Shown here in pieces: positions 27,178 through 37,399 of a stretch of 64,000 bases of DNA. The notes below the pieces were generated by a model. It was given only the letters and a program-made list of their open reading frames with translations, made no database searches and was not told the origin of the DNA. Position numbers and translations under genes: made by a program. This stretch comes from Chromatiales bacterium (GTDB lineage: Bacteria > Pseudomonadota > Gammaproteobacteria > JAGRGH01): NCBI GenBank assembly GCA_020445605.1, contig JAGRGH010000037.1, positions 177,949 through 241,948 of the forward strand. The letters run 5' to 3'. Numbering within the stretch: the first letter of the stretch is position 1; each line of letters opens with the position of its first letter.

Positions 27178-28497
27178 GTGTCGGGCGCCCGCCCACCGCT
27201 GCCGGCTTCCTGCACCAATCTCTGGCTGAACCTCGGCGGCTTGGCCTGTGGCATGGCTGCGATGGTGTTCGTCGTGCGCATGCCGGAGCTCGACGTCGCC
27301 GTCGCCGCGATGATCGTCATGGCGGCGGCCGCCGGTTTCATTGCCACTGGCGAGGTGTTGCGTCTGCGCGGGCGCATGCTGCGCAACGCCGGTCTGGCCG
27401 CGGATCCGCCCAACGAGTTTGACCTCAACCGCGTCGGTCTCAAACTTCTGGGGCTGTATGGCACCTTCGTGTGCATCGGTTTCGTGTACTGGCTGCTGCA
27501 CGAGTACCACGGCTCGTTCTACGCGCCGTTCTGGCGCATGCTGCGCCTCGCGCTGCCGGCGCTCATCGTGCTGGCGGTGCCGTATTTCTTCTGGACCGAC
27601 CGGCGACAGAGCGCGCCGCATGACGGCTACTATCATGCGGGCCTTTTGTTCGCGGGGCGCTGGAAAGGGCTGAACCGCCAGGTGCTCAAACAGCACGCGC
27701 TCGGCTGGGGGGTGAAGGCGTTCTTCCTGCCGCTGATGCTGGTGTTCTTCACCACGGATATCCATTTCTATCGCGGCTTCGACTTCACCCACATCTGGGA
27801 CGAATTCCGGCTGTTCTACGATCTCAGCTACCGATTGCTGTTCAGCATGGACCTGCTGTTCGCAACCTTTGGATACGTCACCACACTGCGGCTGTTCGAC
27901 GCGCACATCCGCTCGACGCAGTCGACCCTGGTCGGCTGGCTGGCGGCGCTGATCTGCTATCAGCCGCTGTGGTCGTTCGTCTATCGCACGTATCTACCGT
28001 ATGAAGACGGCGCGCGCATGTGGGGTCCGTGGCTTGCGAACGGCGAGCCCTTCGTCTGGGGCGCGACCGCGCCGTACCTGTTCTGGGGCGGCGCGATCCT
28101 GCTGCTGCTGGCGATCTACGGACTGGCCACGGTCGCATTCGGCCTGCGGTTTTCAAACCTTACGCATCGCGGCATCATCACCGGCGGTCCGTATCGTTAC
28201 TCGAAGCATCCGGCGTACTGGTCGAAGAACCTCAGCTGGTGGTTGATCAGCGTTCCGTTCATCACGCTCGGCAGCGCCGCGGACGCGGTTCGGCACTGTC
28301 TGATGCTGTTGATGCTGAACGGCATCTACTGGCTGCGCGCCTACACCGAGGAGCGGCACCTGTCCGGCGATCCGGTGTATGTGGAGTACGCGCTGGCGAT
28401 GAACGAGCGCAGCTGGCTGGCGCCGCTGGTGCGGCGCTTTCCCGTGCTGAAATTTCTGAACTACCGTCCACCCGCGCCGGAGCGGGCCGGGCGTTGA
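27178..28497 (+). CDS. polytopic membrane protein with C-terminal ICMT/PEMT-like (class VI) methyltransferase domain
   Basis: 439 aa, many TM segments. C-terminus GGPYRYSKHPAYWSKNLSWW...LRAYTEERHLSGDPVYVEY matches the G-x-Y-x-x-x-RHP-x-Y and EE..L..Y signature of isoprenylcysteine carboxyl / phospholipid methyltransferases. 16 nt after nuoN. Start codon uncertain (GTG at 27178 or a downstream ATG). Confidence 0.5.
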   Translation: MSGARPPLPASCTNLWLNLGGLACGMAAMVFVVRMPELDVAVAAMIVMAAAAGFIATGEVLRLRGRMLRNAGLAADPPNEFDLNRVGLKLLGLYGTFVCIGFVYWLLHEYHGSFYAPFWRMLRLALPALIVLAVPYFFWTDRRQSAPHDGYYHAGLLFAGRWKGLNRQVLKQHALGWGVKAFFLPLMLVFFTTDIHFYRGFDFTHIWDEFRLFYDLSYRLLFSMDLLFATFGYVTTLRLFDAHIRSTQSTLVGWLAALICYQPLWSFVYRTYLPYEDGARMWGPWLANGEPFVWGATAPYLFWGGAILLLLAIYGLATVAFGLRFSNLTHRGIITGGPYRYSKHPAYWSKNLSWWLISVPFITLGSAADAVRHCLMLLMLNGIYWLRAYTEERHLSGDPVYVEYALAMNERSWLAPLVRRFPVLKFLNYRPPAPERAGR

Positions 28498-28520
28498 GGC
28501 GGCGGCGGGCGCGGCCGGTC

Positions 28521-29381
28521 TCAGTCGTCGGGGTCGGTGGTCTGCGCGGGTTCCGTATCTGCGGGCGGGTGGCTGGTCGTTGCGCGCATGCCGCCGAGAT
28601 AGCCGGCCATGGTACGCAGGAGTTCCCGGTGCACCTTCAGGTTGCCGGCGACGATGTTGCCGGTTTCGAAGAACCCCTCGCCACCGTCGACATCCGTGAC
28701 GATGCCACCGGCCTCGCGCACCAGCAGCGTGCCGGCCGCGAAATCCCAGGGGGCGAGCCCGAATTCCCAGAATGCGTCGTAGCGGCCGCTGGCGACCCAG
28801 GCGAGATCCAGCGAAGCCGAGCCCGGACGACGCAGTCCGGCGGTGCGAATCAGCAGTGCGCGGAAGATTTGCAGATAGCGGTCGACGTTGTCGGCATCGC
28901 CGGCACGGTATGGGAAGCCGGTGCCGATCAATGCGCCGTCCAGAGTGATGCGCTTGGTTACGCGGATGCGTCGATCGTTCAGGTACGCGCCACCGCCACG
29001 CGAAGCGGTGAACATCTCTTCGCGCAGCGGATCGTAGACGACCGCCTGATCAAGCCGGCCGCGCACGCGCAGCGCGATCGACACGCCGAACTGCGGCACG
29101 CCGTGCAGGTAGTTGGTCGTGCCGTCGAGCGGGTCGATGATCCATTCGTATTCGTTACCGGCCTGCTGGCCCGACTCCTCGGCGAAGATCGCGTGCTCGG
29201 GATAGGCCTTGTGGATCTCGTGGATGATGGCGGCCTCGGCCTCGTGGTCGACGCGCGAGACGAAGTCGTTGTGTCCCTTGACACTGACGGCGAGGTCCTC
29301 GACCCGGTCGAAGTTGCGCAACAGGACACGCCCGGCCTGACGGGCGGCGCGGATCGCGATATTGAGGCTGGCGGCTTGCAT
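28521..29381 (-). CDS. suhB: inositol-1-monophosphatase
   Basis: MQAASLNIAIRAARQAG...AEESG...WIIDPLDGTTNYLHGVPQFGVSIAL (IMPase motifs). ATG at 29381 chosen inside the longer ORF; suhB/trmJ divergent pair as in E. coli. Confidence 0.9.
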   Translation of the reverse strand: MQAASLNIAIRAARQAGRVLLRNFDRVEDLAVSVKGHNDFVSRVDHEAEAAIIHEIHKAYPEHAIFAEESGQQAGNEYEWIIDPLDGTTNYLHGVPQFGVSIALRVRGRLDQAVVYDPLREEMFTASRGGGAYLNDRRIRVTKRITLDGALIGTGFPYRAGDADNVDRYLQIFRALLIRTAGLRRPGSASLDLAWVASGRYDAFWEFGLAPWDFAAGTLLVREAGGIVTDVDGGEGFFETGNIVAGNLKVHRELLRTMAGYLGGMRATTSHPPADTEPAQTTDPDD

Positions 29382-29428
29382 GGGGCGCGCACAATACCGC
29401 AAACGCGCCGGTCGGCGCAGATTTCCCG

Positions 29429-30172
29429 GTGAGCACCGATCGGCTGGCGGGCGTACGCATCGTGCTGGTCGGCACGACCCATCCCGGCAATATCGGCGGG
29501 GCGGCCCGTGCGATGCGCGCGATGGGCCTGCGCGAGCTGGTGCTCGTCGACCCGAAGCGCTTCCCGGACCCGGACGCCAGTGCCCGCGCCGTGGGTGCGC
29601 TGGACGTGCTGGAATCCGCGCGCGTGATCTCGACCCTGGACGAGGCGCTGGCCGGCTGCGTGCTGGCCGTCGGCACCTCGGCCCGCCTGCGCGGGCAGGC
29701 CGCCTGGCGGGTGCTCGACCCGGCCACTGCGGCGCCCGAACTGCTGGCGGGGGCCGCCAAAGGGCCGGTGGCCGTGGTCTTCGGGCGCGAGAGCAGCGGC
29801 CTGTCGAACGAGGAAATGGACCGCTGTCATGCCATCCTGCACGTGCCGGTGGCGGCCGATTTCAAATCGCTGAATCTGGCCTCGGCGGTGCAGATCGTCG
29901 CCTACGAGCTGTTCCGCCATTCTGGCGTCGCCGAGGCAATTCCCCCCGCGCGCGATGCGGCGCCGGCCGAGAAGCTCGAAGGCCTGTTCACCCATCTGCG
30001 CCAGGTCGCCGAGGACACCGGCTTTGCGCCGGGCCAGCGCGCCGACTCCCTGGTGCGCAAGCTCCGCCGGATGTTCTTTCGCGCGACCCCGACCGACCAG
30101 GAGGTCGACATCCTGCGCGGGCTGTTCAGCGCCTGTCAGGGGCGCAAGTCGGCCCGGCGGGGCGGGGAGTAG
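29429..30172 (+). CDS. trmJ: tRNA (cytidine/uridine-2'-O)-methyltransferase TrmJ (SpoU family)
   Basis: VRIVLVGTTHPGNIGGAARAMRAMG..., SPOUT knot motifs. GTG start; divergent from suhB. Confidence 0.8.
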   Translation: MSTDRLAGVRIVLVGTTHPGNIGGAARAMRAMGLRELVLVDPKRFPDPDASARAVGALDVLESARVISTLDEALAGCVLAVGTSARLRGQAAWRVLDPATAAPELLAGAAKGPVAVVFGRESSGLSNEEMDRCHAILHVPVAADFKSLNLASAVQIVAYELFRHSGVAEAIPPARDAAPAEKLEGLFTHLRQVAEDTGFAPGQRADSLVRKLRRMFFRATPTDQEVDILRGLFSACQGRKSARRGGE

Positions 30173-30268
30173 CAGCGAACCCGTCGGCTTGCCCACGGTT
30201 CCGGATCCGGGCGCTCAAGGTCGCCCTGATACACTGATCGAATCGATTCAGTGTCCCGTGGCTGCCTG

Positions 30269-31114
30269 ATGTTCAACGGAATCCGAGACGCCGTACGTGC
30301 CGCGCGTGAGCGCGACCCGGCCGCGCGCAATGCGTTTGAGATTCTCACGACCTATCCGGGTGTCCACGCGCTTCTTTTTCATCGGCTGAATCACGCGCTG
30401 TACCGAATTGGTCTGCGCTGGCTGCCGCGCTGGCTCGCGCACCTTTCGCGCTGGCTCACCGGGATCGAAATTCACCCGGGCGCGAAGATTGGCCGACGGT
30501 TTTTCATCGATCACGGCATGGGTGTCGTCATCGGTGAGACCGCCGAGATCGGCGATGACTGCACGCTGTATCACGGCGTCACCCTGGGCGGCACGAGCTG
30601 GCAGAAGGGCAAACGCCATCCGACGCTGTGCGCGGGCGTGATCATCGGTGCCGGGGCGAAGGTGCTCGGGCCGATCGAGATTGGCGCAGGCGCGCGCATC
30701 GGTTCGAACGCCGTGGTCGTCAAGCCGGTGCCGGCGGGTGCCACGGTCGTCGGTGTGCCCGGGCGTATCGTGACGGCCCAGCCGGCGACCGAGCCGGTCG
30801 CGCACGCCGGCCGCCAGGCCATTGCCGCGAAGATGGGCTTCGATGCCTACGGCACGACGCGCGACATGCCCGATCCGGTCGCCGTCGCCATCAACGGCAT
30901 GCTCGATCACATCCATGCGATGGACACCCGCCTGGAACAGCTCTGCGAGGCGCTGAAGAAGATGGGGCTCGATCCCGGCGAACTGGGCCTGCCGGCGCTC
31001 GAGGGCTGCGAGATCGCGACCGAGCCGCGCCGGATCGACGCCGGTACCGCCGCCGCGGATTCCGCGCCACCTGACGGAAACCCGGATGCCGGCGACGCGG
31101 GCGATCGGGCTTGA
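30269..31114 (+). CDS. cysE: serine O-acetyltransferase
   Basis: N-terminal SATase domain ([34 protein letters not shown]). Hexapeptide repeats [28 protein letters not shown]...[13 protein letters not shown], plus a ~60-aa acidic C-terminal extension. Confidence 0.9.
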   Translation: MFNGIRDAVRAARERDPAARNAFEILTTYPGVHALLFHRLNHALYRIGLRWLPRWLAHLSRWLTGIEIHPGAKIGRRFFIDHGMGVVIGETAEIGDDCTLYHGVTLGGTSWQKGKRHPTLCAGVIIGAGAKVLGPIEIGAGARIGSNAVVVKPVPAGATVVGVPGRIVTAQPATEPVAHAGRQAIAAKMGFDAYGTTRDMPDPVAVAINGMLDHIHAMDTRLEQLCEALKKMGLDPGELGLPALEGCEIATEPRRIDAGTAAADSAPPDGNPDAGDAGDRA

Positions 31115-31183
31115 ATCGGCCGCCCTGAGAACCCATAGTCTTAAAGTTGCCGGGCGCAACGTCGCCGGAGGAGATCCACAGTC

Positions 31184-31507
31184 ATGTCCGTAACCATCAC
31201 CGAAGCCGCCGCGAAGCATATTCGCAATACGCTGGCCGAGCGCGGACATGGCATGGGCTTTCGCGTCGGCGCGAAAAAGTCCGGCTGTTCCGGCTACATG
31301 TATGCGCTGGATTTCGTCGATGAACTCGAGCCGGCCGATGCGGTCTTTGAGCAGCATGGCGTGAAGCTCGTCGTCGATCGCGACAGCCTGGCCCTGATCG
31401 ATGGCCTGCGGCTCGATTTCGTCAGCGAGGGCCTGAACCAGGTCTTCCGCTTCGAGAATCCGAACGTGAAGGCGACCTGCGGCTGCGGCGAGAGTTTCGC
31501 GGTCTGA
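31184..31507 (+). CDS. iscA: iron-sulfur cluster insertion protein IscA (A-type carrier)
   Basis: 107 aa, close to E. coli IscA across its length (MSVTITEAAAKHIRNTLAERGHGMGFRVGAKKSGCSGYMY...NPNVKATCGCGESFAV). Confidence 0.9.
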   Translation: MSVTITEAAAKHIRNTLAERGHGMGFRVGAKKSGCSGYMYALDFVDELEPADAVFEQHGVKLVVDRDSLALIDGLRLDFVSEGLNQVFRFENPNVKATCGCGESFAV

Positions 31508-31598
31508 CACTCGCGGGTGCGGGATCGTCCCGTGCCGTCGAGGACCTGCTTACACCGGCTGATTCCGTATTCCACTGTGTGCGTTTCGGAGTGCGTGC

Positions 31599-32477
31599 AT
31601 GAAACGAATCCTGCTGTTTGTCCTGACCAACGTTGCCGTGCTCGCGGTGATCAGCGTCGTATTCAAGCTGCTCGGTCTCGAGAGCTATTTCGACGAACAG
31701 GGCGGCCTCAACCTGACGGCATTGCTGATCATGTCGGCCATCATCGGCTTTGCCGGATCGCTGATCTCGCTGGCGATGTCCAAGGCCGCAGCGAAGCGCA
31801 TGATGGGCCTCAAGGTCATCGAAAAGCCGGCCAACCGTACCGAGACCTGGCTTGTCGAAACCGTGCGCCGGCAGGCCGAAGCCGCGGGTATCGGCATGCC
31901 CGAGGTCGCGGTTTTCGATTCGCCGCAGCCGAACGCCTTTGCGACCGGCGCGCGCCGCGATGCGGCGCTGGTCGCGGTATCCACCGGCCTGCTTCAGCAG
32001 ATGCAGGCCGACGAGGTCGAGGCCGTGCTCGGCCACGAGGTCTCGCACGTGGCGAATGGCGACATGGTGACCATGGCGCTCATGCAGGGTGTCGTGAACA
32101 CCTTTGTGGTGTTCCTGTCGCGTGTGATCGGCGTGGTGGTTGATCGTGTGGTGTTCAAGGTCGAGCGTGGCCACGGTCCGGCGTTCTTCCTGGTGTCGCT
32201 GGTTGCGCAGGTGCTGCTCGGCATTCTCGCGACGATGATCGTGATGTGGTTCTCGCGTCATCGTGAGTTCCATGCCGACGCCGGCGGCGCGCGTCTGGCC
32301 GGGCGCGAGGAGATGATCCGCGCGTTGCAGCGGCTGGGCGGCCCGGCCGCGGACGACCTGCCGGATCAGCTTGCGGCGTTCGGCATCACTGGGCGGTTCG
32401 CTTCGGGTATCAAGCGGCTGTTCCTGTCGCATCCACCGATTCCCGAGCGCATCGCGGCCCTGCGCGCCGCGCGCTGA
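31599..32477 (+). CDS. htpX: protease HtpX
   Basis: N-terminal TM helices; [10 protein letters not shown] zinc motif; M48 family signatures. Confidence 0.92.
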   Translation: MKRILLFVLTNVAVLAVISVVFKLLGLESYFDEQGGLNLTALLIMSAIIGFAGSLISLAMSKAAAKRMMGLKVIEKPANRTETWLVETVRRQAEAAGIGMPEVAVFDSPQPNAFATGARRDAALVAVSTGLLQQMQADEVEAVLGHEVSHVANGDMVTMALMQGVVNTFVVFLSRVIGVVVDRVVFKVERGHGPAFFLVSLVAQVLLGILATMIVMWFSRHREFHADAGGARLAGREEMIRALQRLGGPAADDLPDQLAAFGITGRFASGIKRLFLSHPPIPERIAALRAAR

Positions 32478-32578
32478 ACGGGGCGGCGGTGATACGGTAG
32501 CCGCGTGACGATCCGGCCCCAGCGGACGGGTCGTGCGCGAACCCGTTTTCTGAACCGATCCGAGTCGAAGGCGAGACC

Positions 32579-33814
32579 ATGTCCCTGATCCGTCCCATTG
32601 CCGGTCTGCGTCCCGCGCCCGGGCGTGCGCAAGACGTCGTGGCGCCGCCGTATGACGTGCTCAATCGTGCCGAGGCCACGCAGCGTGCGCGCGGCCGGCC
32701 GCACAGCTTTCTGCATGTCTCCAAGGCGGAGATCGATCTGCCGGACAGCGTGGACGCCCATGATCCTGCCGTTTACGCAAAGGCCGCCGCGAACCTCGCG
32801 GCAATGGTCGACGCCGGCGTGCTGGTGCGCGATCCCGCGCCGTACTACTACGTGTACCGGCTGGTCATGGATGGTCGCGCCCAGACCGGCATCGTCGCGG
32901 GCGCCTCGGTGCGTGCCTATGAGGCCGAACGCATTCGCAAGCACGAGTTCACGCGACCCGCGAAGGAAGACGACCGGGTGCGGCAGATCGAGGCGCTGAA
33001 TGCCCAGACCGGGCCGGTGTTTCTGGTCCATCGCACCAACGCCGATGTGGATGCGGTCACCGCGGTGGTACTGGAGACGGCGCCGGATGTGGATGTTGTC
33101 GCCGACGACGGCGTGCGTCACAGCCTGTGGGTGATACACGACCTGGCGGTGATCGACCGTCTGACGCATGCGTTCGAACGTATGGCGGCCCTGTATGTGG
33201 CGGATGGCCATCATCGCTCGGCGGCGGCGACCCGCGTTGCCCAGGCGCGCCGGTCTGGTCACGACGCTCCCGATGCGAGTCACGAGTATTTTCTGGCCGT
33301 CGTCTTTCCGCACGACCAGCTGCGCATCCTCGACTACAACCGCGTGGTGCGCGACCTGAACGGTCTGGACGACGCGGGCTTTCTGGCCGCGCTCACCGAA
33401 CGCGTGGGCGTTGCGCAGGAGCCGGGCCCGGTCGCCCCGCGCGCGAGCGGTGAATTCGGTCTGTATCTGGCCGGGCGCTGGTATCGTCTGACGATGGATG
33501 CCGCGGCGCTTGCCGACGACGACCCCGTCCGGCGCCTGGACGTCAGCCTGCTGCACGACCGGATCATCGCGCCGGTGCTCGGCATCCACGACCCGCGCCG
33601 CGACGAACGCATCGATTTCGTCGGTGGCATCCGGGGTCTCCGGGAACTCGAGCGCCGCGTCGATTCGGGCGAGATGCGCGCGGCGTTTTCGCTGTATCCC
33701 ACCCAGCTTGAAGCGCTCATGGACGTGGCCGACAGCGGCCAGGTCATGCCGCCGAAATCCACCTGGTTCGAACCCAAGCTCGCCGACGGGCTGGTCTCGC
33801 ACGTTCTGGACTGA
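32579..33814 (+). CDS. DUF1015 domain-containing protein (function unknown)
   Basis: 411 aa with PYDV motif near the N-terminus and ADGHHRSAAA; resembles the PF06245/DUF1015 family. Ends 9 nt before relA. Confidence 0.65.
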   Translation: MSLIRPIAGLRPAPGRAQDVVAPPYDVLNRAEATQRARGRPHSFLHVSKAEIDLPDSVDAHDPAVYAKAAANLAAMVDAGVLVRDPAPYYYVYRLVMDGRAQTGIVAGASVRAYEAERIRKHEFTRPAKEDDRVRQIEALNAQTGPVFLVHRTNADVDAVTAVVLETAPDVDVVADDGVRHSLWVIHDLAVIDRLTHAFERMAALYVADGHHRSAAATRVAQARRSGHDAPDASHEYFLAVVFPHDQLRILDYNRVVRDLNGLDDAGFLAALTERVGVAQEPGPVAPRASGEFGLYLAGRWYRLTMDAAALADDDPVRRLDVSLLHDRIIAPVLGIHDPRRDERIDFVGGIRGLRELERRVDSGEMRAAFSLYPTQLEALMDVADSGQVMPPKSTWFEPKLADGLVSHVLD

Positions 33815-33822
33815 GGACGGTC

Positions 33823-35979
33823 GTGGTGCAGCGCACCGCCGACCCCGCTGCCCGGGGCATCGTCTCCGGCTCCGGATTCGATCCTGCCGAACGCGAGCGT
33901 ATCGCGGCTGCGCGCGCTCTCGCACTGCAACGCTGCGGCGAACGTCTGGCGCCAGCCGACCTCGACGCGGTCGCGTCCATTCTCATGGGCCTGCGCGCGG
34001 ACGCGGTGACCGTATCCGCCGGGCATCTGTACGCCGCGGTGCTGGGCTGCGGAGCCAGCGTTTCCGAAATCGCCAGCGACGACCGTGAGGCCGTGCGCCT
34101 GGTCGATGCCGCCGCGCGACTGGATCACTTCGCGGCTGCCGAGCGGGGCAGCCAGGACCCGAAGCGCGCGGCCCAGTACGCCGAGAACCTGCGCAAGATG
34201 CTGCTCGCGCTGGTCGATGATGTGCGCGCGATTCTGGTCGCACTCGCGCACCGTCTGCACGCACTCAGAACCGCGCCGCGCCGGCCCGAGGCCGAACGCC
34301 TGCGCCTGGCCCGGGAAACCCAGACGGTGCATGCGCCGATCGCCAATCGGCTCGGCATCTGGAGCCTCAAGTGGGAACTCGAGGATCTCGCGCTGCGCCA
34401 CAGCGAGCCCGAGGCCTACCGACGCATCGCGCGCGAACTCGACGAACGACGCAGCGACCGCGAAGACTATGTCGCGAGCTTCATGGATGCACTGCGCGGG
34501 CTGCTTGCGGATGCCGGTATCGACGCCGAGGTCGCCGGTCGCGCCAAGCACATCTACAGCATCTACAAGAAGATGCGCCGCAAGGACGCTTCGTTCGACG
34601 AGCTTTCGGATATTCGCGCGGTGCGCGTGCTGGTGGATACCGTTGCCCAGTGTTACGCGGTGCTCGGCATCGTCCACAGTCATTGGCGTTACCTGCCCGG
34701 TGAATTCGACGACTACATCGCGCGACCGAAGCCGAATCTGTATCGCTCGCTGCACACCGCTGTGATCGGTCCGGGCGAGAAGCTCGTCGAGGTGCAGATT
34801 CGCACCCACGAGATGCATCGTCACAGCGAACTCGGCATCGCCGCGCACTGGCGCTACAAGGAAGGCACGCATCACGATCCGGGTTTCGAGCAACGCCTGG
34901 TCTGGATGCGCCAGCTGCTCGATCCGCGAGACGGTGACCATCCGGCCGAACTCGTTGAAGGTTTTGACGAGGCGATCGGCACCGAACGCGTCTATGTCAT
35001 GACGCCACAGGGCGATGTCATTGACCTGCCGGCCGGCTCGACGGTGCTGGATTTCGCCTATGCGATCCATACCAACATCGGTCACCGTTGCCGTGGCGCC
35101 CGTGTCGATGGGCGCATCGTGCCGCTGACCCAGGTGCTGGAAAGCGGGCAGCGCGTGGAGATTCTCACGCACAAGCACCCGCAACCCAGCCGCGACTGGC
35201 TGAGTCCGCATCTGGGCTATCTGAAGACCCCGCGCGCACGCAATCGCGTTCGGCAGTGGTTTCGACAGCTCGACTACGATCGGCACGTCGCCGACGGGCG
35301 TGAACTCGCCGAGCGTGAGTTCAAGCGCCTCGGCGTCGCCGATCCCGTCTGGCCGCGGCTGCTCGAGCGGTTTCGTCTCGCGCGCGCAGAGGATGTCTAC
35401 GCCGCGCTCGGTCGCGGGGATGTCTCGGCCGCACAGCTTGCCGCCGCACTGGACGAACCCGTGGTGCGGCCGCCGCTGGAGATCCGCTCGCCCCGCAAGC
35501 GGCGCGCGGTGCCGGCGGCCAATCCCGCGCGGGACGGCGTGTCGATTCGTGGCGTCGGCAACGTGCTTACAAACATCGCGCGTTGCTGCCGGCCGGTGCC
35601 GGACGACCCGATCGTCGGCTACATCACGCGCGGACGCGGCGTGACGATTCACCGTCGCGACTGCCCGACGTTGCGCAATCTGCGCGAGGTCGATCGCGCG
35701 CGCATGATCGACGTTTCGTGGGCGGACCGTCCAGAGCAGCGCTACCCGGTCGATCTGTTCGTGCGCGCCTACGACCGCAAGGGGTTGCTCGGTGATGTCA
35801 CGACGGCGATTGCCGCCGAAAACATTGAGCTGACCGACGCACACACCCACAGCGACCGCAAGCAACTGACCGCGACCATGACGCTGACGGTGGAGATCTC
35901 CGACAACGCCCAGCTCAGCCGGCTCATCGACCGTATTGCCCGGGTGCCGAACGTTGTCGAGGTGGCTCGCCGGCGTTGA
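33823..35979 (+). CDS. relA: GTP pyrophosphokinase RelA ((p)ppGpp synthetase I)
   Basis: RelA/SpoT synthetase core (HIYSIYKKMRRKDASFDELSDIRAVRVLVD...GEFDDYIARPKPNLYRSLHTAVIGPG...EVQIRTHEMHRHSELGIAAHWRYKEG), TGS and ACT domains, degenerate HD region. N-terminal start codon uncertain (GTG at 33823). Confidence 0.87.
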   Translation: MVQRTADPAARGIVSGSGFDPAERERIAAARALALQRCGERLAPADLDAVASILMGLRADAVTVSAGHLYAAVLGCGASVSEIASDDREAVRLVDAAARLDHFAAAERGSQDPKRAAQYAENLRKMLLALVDDVRAILVALAHRLHALRTAPRRPEAERLRLARETQTVHAPIANRLGIWSLKWELEDLALRHSEPEAYRRIARELDERRSDREDYVASFMDALRGLLADAGIDAEVAGRAKHIYSIYKKMRRKDASFDELSDIRAVRVLVDTVAQCYAVLGIVHSHWRYLPGEFDDYIARPKPNLYRSLHTAVIGPGEKLVEVQIRTHEMHRHSELGIAAHWRYKEGTHHDPGFEQRLVWMRQLLDPRDGDHPAELVEGFDEAIGTERVYVMTPQGDVIDLPAGSTVLDFAYAIHTNIGHRCRGARVDGRIVPLTQVLESGQRVEILTHKHPQPSRDWLSPHLGYLKTPRARNRVRQWFRQLDYDRHVADGRELAEREFKRLGVADPVWPRLLERFRLARAEDVYAALGRGDVSAAQLAAALDEPVVRPPLEIRSPRKRRAVPAANPARDGVSIRGVGNVLTNIARCCRPVPDDPIVGYITRGRGVTIHRRDCPTLRNLREVDRARMIDVSWADRPEQRYPVDLFVRAYDRKGLLGDVTTAIAAENIELTDAHTHSDRKQLTATMTLTVEISDNAQLSRLIDRIARVPNVVEVARRR

Positions 35980-36009
35980 GTCGTTTGTGCTGGACCCCGC
36001 GCGATGTGA

Positions 36010-36876
36010 TCAGCTGAACACCACGGTGCGGTTTCCGCACACCAGGATCTTGTGCTGGAGGTGGTGCCAGATGGCCCGCGCAAGAACGATCTTTTCCAGA
36101 TCGCGACCCTTGCGCACCATGTCGTCGATCGAATCCACGTGACTGACTGCAACGGTCTCCTGCGCAATGATCGGACCTTCGTCGAGGTCGTCGGTGACGA
36201 AGTGGCTGGTCGCACCGATGAGCTTGACGCCGCGACGATGCGCCGAGTGATATGGGCGCGCGCCCGCGAACGCCGGCAGAAACGAGTGATGGATGTTGAT
36301 CACGCGGTTTGGAAACGCCGCGACGAAAGCCGGCGAGAGCACCTGCATGTAGCGTGCGAGCACGACGAAGTCGATCTGGTGTTCGCGCAGCATTGCGATC
36401 TCGCGCTGCTCCTGATCGGCCTTGCTGGCCGGGTCGATGGCGAACTCGTGATAGGCGATGCCGAACTGGGATGCGATCGGACTTGCATCGGCATGGTTGC
36501 TTACGATCAGCGGAACTTCGACTGCCCACTCGCCGCAGGCAACCCGCGCCAGAATGTCGTACAGGCAGTGCGTCAGCTTTGAGACGAACACCGCCATGCG
36601 CGGACGCACATCCGAGAAGTGCAGGCGCCAGCTGAGCTTGAGCGGTTCGGCGACCTCCTGGCCGAAACGTGCGGCGATGGCCTCACGCTCGATCGCGAAC
36701 CCGTCGAGTTCCCATTCGATGCGCAGGAAAAACCAGCCCTGGTCGGTGTCCACATGCTGATCGAGATAGACGATGTTGCCGCCGTGCTCATGCAGGAAGC
36801 GGCTGATCGCGGCGACCAAGCCCGGGCGGTCGGCACAGTGGACGAGCAGGATGGCGGTGGTGGCGGGCATGGGCAT
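36010..36876 (-). CDS. purU: formyltetrahydrofolate deformylase
   Basis: N-terminal ACT domain plus formyltransferase core (VINIHHSFLPAFAGARPY...GATSHFVTDDLDEGPIIAQ). Confidence 0.92.
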   Translation of the reverse strand: MPMPATTAILLVHCADRPGLVAAISRFLHEHGGNIVYLDQHVDTDQGWFFLRIEWELDGFAIEREAIAARFGQEVAEPLKLSWRLHFSDVRPRMAVFVSKLTHCLYDILARVACGEWAVEVPLIVSNHADASPIASQFGIAYHEFAIDPASKADQEQREIAMLREHQIDFVVLARYMQVLSPAFVAAFPNRVINIHHSFLPAFAGARPYHSAHRRGVKLIGATSHFVTDDLDEGPIIAQETVAVSHVDSIDDMVRKGRDLEKIVLARAIWHHLQHKILVCGNRTVVFS

Positions 36877-36935
36877 GGACGGGCTTTCGTGGTGACCGAG
36901 CGTAAGATTGTAGCGAGTGGTCCGAGGCGCGTTGT

Positions 36936-37088
36936 ATGGAAGTGCTGTATTTCATGATTCCGCTGGCGATCGTGCTCGTCGCGCTCGTTGCCGGCCTGTT
37001 TTTCTGGGCCGTGCGTTCAGGCCAGTTCGACGACCTGGAAGGCCCGGCGCACCGTATCCTCGACGACGACGATTCCTCCCCGCGATAG
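36936..37088 (+). CDS. ccoS: cbb3-type cytochrome oxidase maturation protein CcoS/FixS
   Basis: 50-aa single-TM peptide MEVLYFMIPLAIVLVALVAGLFFWAVRSGQFDDLEGPAHRILDDDD, near-consensus for the CcoS/FixS family. Missing from the ORF track because it is under 60 aa. Confidence 0.7.
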   Translation: MEVLYFMIPLAIVLVALVAGLFFWAVRSGQFDDLEGPAHRILDDDDSSPR

Positions 37089-37399
37089 CCGGCCGTCGGC
37101 GCGGCGATTTCCGCTGGGGAAGCGCTGACCAATCCGTCGAAGGAAGGCCGGGGCGCGGAGTTCGCATGGCTGGTCTTTCCGATTTGTCTTTTTTTTCAAT
37201 GGCTTGCATCCGTCGAAAATTGGCGATTGGTTTCTCTATGCGGGAAACGCCGAGCGGTTTGGCCTTTCCATCTCCTTTGTCAGATTTCGTGGCACTTGCA
37301 TCGGTTGTCATGGAACCATATATAAGCATTCGGTAAAATGTTTATTCATTAGCCTGATCGCTGCCCGCGGTCCGGCCACCCCCGTCAGAACCAGCCGCT

